Origin: Proteromonas lacertae
Taxonomy: Eukaryota
NCBI GenBank assembly: GCA_002245135.1
Contig: NGBS01000345.1
Coordinates: 1 to 48,810 of the forward strand
DNA: 48,810 bases
Direction of reading: 5' to 3'
The position numbers were made by a program, and so were the translations under genes. Below are positions 45,961 through 48,810 of the stretch, one piece after another. The notes under the pieces were generated by a model, which saw nothing but the letters and a program-made list of their open reading frames with translations, did no database searches and was not told where the DNA came from. Each line of letters opens with the position of its first letter. Position 1 is the stretch's first letter.

Positions 45961-46432
45961 CTTAGTGAATCACTAAATCTACTTCTTAATAATTTCCTTT
46001 CCCCTTGTTCTATTAATATCACATAATAATCACATTATAGGTGAAGCATATCACAATCACAAATAATCATCAACTGTATTATTTTATAAAATTTTATCCG
46101 TTTCATATTATTTCTTTTTATTCTTTTTCGATGTGTCGTAAAGTTACTTGTTCAAAATGTGGAAAACCAACATGGGCTGGTTGTGGTAATCATATAGAGC
46201 AAGCATTAGCTGGAGTATAGTTTTAGAAACATTTTTTGAAATAGATTCCTGAAGCTGATCGTTGCCATTGTCCTAGAGATGATAAGAAGTGATAAAATTA
46301 TTAATTAATTACTACTATATTATTTTTATATTACTTATCGTAATAAATTTACATCTATTATGTTTATGCTATTTTATTTCATACAAAAGAATAATAATAA
46401 TAACCAATATCATTTAAAAACTATCACCACAG

Positions 46433-47215
46433 TTAAATCAAATCTCTACAATCCTTTGAATGATTAGGATGAGGTGATCTTTCAAAGAATGAACTACATT
46501 CACTGTCACTATCACCACAATTCTTCTCAACCATATGCCCCATAGAGAATCCACTCTTTTTAGCAGCAGCATTATACTCCTTTGATGTCTTATATTCTAT
46601 TAACTTCTGTAATGCTGATAATCTAAATAATGTTGCACCATTCACATATCTCGTTCTACCATTACATACAGCTAACTTCTTACCATTTTTATCAGTCACT
46701 TTCCAATCATCAGCACTACCATGACAATCATATGGAGCTAAACTTAAACCATATACACCTGTCCATGAATTAGTTAAGGTCTGAATAGCTTCACGTAAAA
46801 ATGGTCTTTTATGAATTTCAGGTGATTTCATTTTCATTCCTTCTTCTATTACAAAGATCCATGGAGCATTGTTACACAATATCCAAATTGTCTTGTAGGT
46901 CATCACATATCCATCTGTCTTGTCTAAAAATACGTGTTTGTTAAACTGATACCCATCTACAACATATTTTCTGTATTGGGAGTGAGTATCAATCCAAACT
47001 AACTCATATGGAATATGATCGTATAATTCTAAATGAGTAACCATTTCCCATAATGTTCTATTCAATTCTGTTGATCCATATTTGTTACAGGAGTTTAGGA
47101 CAATACATATCTCTGGTTTCTTTTCAGTCGGTGTCTTTCTTGCTATATAAAGGTTCTTCTTTGCTGATACTTCAATTGCTAAAAATAGCACAAAAAAAAG
47201 TACTAGTTTAGACAT
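46433..47215 (-). CDS. Secreted protein, possible GT-A fold glycosyltransferase-like
   Basis: Signal peptide MSKLVLFFVLFLAIEVSA, then ICIVLNSC, ELVWID and WIFVIEE patterns. The family call is tentative. Confidence 0.55.
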   Translation of the reverse strand: MSKLVLFFVLFLAIEVSAKKNLYIARKTPTEKKPEICIVLNSCNKYGSTELNRTLWEMVTHLELYDHIPYELVWIDTHSQYRKYVVDGYQFNKHVFLDKTDGYVMTYKTIWILCNNAPWIFVIEEGMKMKSPEIHKRPFLREAIQTLTNSWTGVYGLSLAPYDCHGSADDWKVTDKNGKKLAVCNGRTRYVNGATLFRLSALQKLIEYKTSKEYNAAAKKSGFSMGHMVEKNCGDSDSECSSFFERSPHPNHSKDCRDLI

Positions 47216-47365
47216 CTAAAAAAACAAATTAAATTTTTGGTGTATGAAAAATAGAGATTAATTTTGCTACACCAATTCTTTTCCTTCATCTTCATTTATA
47301 TCAATATATGTATAATTCATTTTATTTTATTCCAAGATTAAAAAAAAAGAAAATATATATCATAA

Positions 47366-47807
47366 TTACATTGCTTTCTTATAATCCTCTAATACTTTAT
47401 TAGCAACATCTACAGATATCATATCTTTAGAGTTTGGAGTAATGTAAATAAATGATCATCACCTCTTCTTGGAATCAAATGAAAATGAACATGTGGAACT
47501 ACTTGTCCGGCATCTTTACCATTATTTTGACATAGATTTACTCCTGTAACTCCTTCACATGTCTTAATAGCTTTTGTTATCTTCGAACATAAAGGAAGTA
47601 TTTTAGCTGATACATCTTCTGGTAATTGATCTAAAGTTTCACAATGATGTTTTGGTACAACTAGGCAATGACCTTGAGTTACTGGGAAGGCATCTAAAAA
47701 AGAATCAAGTTTTCATCTTCATAAATCTATATATAGTTCGATATATAAATAGATACTTTGAATGATGGAATTTCTCCTGATATAATTTTGCAGAATATGC
47801 AAGACAT
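47366..47807 (-). CDS. HIT-family (HINT-like) nucleotide hydrolase, one intron, two apparent 1-nt frameshifts
   Basis: MSCIFCKIISGEIPSFK|IYEDE..FLDAFPVTQGHCLVVPKHH..NNGKDAGQVVPHVHFHLIPR. Confidence 0.88.
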
Positions 47808-47919
47808 TGAGTTTTTTCGAAAAGAATAAAAAATCCTATTTGCAAAATAGATTTGAATAATTGCTTTTATTTCACTTTCAAGATAGAACATTTAAATATA
47901 AAACACAGAAATATATATA

Positions 47920-48810
47920 TCAAAATGTACGAATCTGATTATTCTTTTGCTCTCTGTTGTAAACCCTATTTATATCAATATTTATGAAATATACATATTG
48001 AAGGACTTGGGCTAATTCTTCAGATGAATTACTGTACAAATATGGGAAACCAATATCTGCTATCATTCTTCTTAATTGTTCTACAGATAAACAAGTCAAA
48101 TCATCGTATTCAATAGCTAAATGCTTTCTTTGCTTTCTATTGATAAAAAAATAAATCATATTTTTATAAATATACACCACATTCTCAACGCAAAACCATA
48201 CTAATTCTTCTTTTCTCATATTGCTAGCATAGGAAGTAGCCAATCGTTTAAAAACAATCTTATTCCATCAACATCTAATAGAGTACACATGGTGTGTATT
48301 CTTCTTTCTTCTACTGATAATTCATTCATTTTCTTGATAGTTTGTTTTTCTTTACCATCTTTTTCTACTTCAGATTCAACTTGAGGAGTTGTAGGTGTTG
48401 TAGACTCATTTTTTCAATATTCAATTTTTGAAATTCATTCCTAATCAATCCCAAAAAGTATACCAATCCAACTGTCCATCTTTATCTACCAGTTTATCAA
48501 TTGTATATTCCAATATATCATCACTTTCATCCTTATCAATGTTAGATGCTTTAAACAGTGATGATAATAATGTTTTGGTTTGTTCTCTATTCAGATATCC
48601 ATGATGATTTGTATCTAATTCTTCAAACAGTATTCTAATATATATAATTAAATATAGACATATATATACCTTGCTCCTACTTCTAATCTCTCAATTTCAT
48701 CTGCAATTTGTTTATTCTTTTCATTTATTTTTCCATATAATTTCTTATGAATTTTATTCCTATATAATAAAATGCAAATCCACTTGCTAATGCAGCTGAT
48801 GTGCAAATGG
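47920..48810 (-). CDS. EF-hand-containing protein, partial and frameshifted (one or two genes)
   Basis: LFEELDTNHHGYLNREQ EF-hand loop near 48580..48630, with short introns. Reading frames break near 48440 and 48245. Confidence 0.45.

Noticed and set aside
1..48810. CRISPR arrays, rRNA and tRNA genes
   Set aside because: No repeat-spacer array or recognisable structural RNA was seen by eye; a covariance search was not possible.

Overview
AT-rich eukaryotic genomic DNA with dense genes and very short (~28-35 nt) GT-AG introns. A Blastocystis-like protist is my inference, not established. Two giant inverted repeats dominate the window. (1) A 20.9-kb element (19430-40374) is almost entirely one palindrome: two ~9.1-kb arms around a 41-nt spacer. 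It has ATAATAATG termini, a perfect 6-bp target-site duplication (AGAACC) and a Polinton/Maverick-type protein-primed DNA polymerase B in each arm, but no recognisable integrase, capsid, packaging ATPase or maturation protease. The polymerase appears to lack most of its exonuclease domain, and an intact hAT transposon (8-bp TSD) interrupts only the right-arm copy. (2) A 6.8-kb fold-back (4904-11688) has 2.3-kb mosaic arms around an intact MULE/SWIM transposase, with a (TTAGGG)3 tract near the inner junction. Host genes include a Sushi-like membrane protein, CIA2/MIP18, a C2HC zinc-finger protein, a pseudokinase-LRR protein, a tandem Crinkler/RHS-type NTPase, a HIT hydrolase and an EF-hand protein. 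Two candidate U12-type AT-AA introns are present. Several single-base frameshifts in host genes may be consensus errors.
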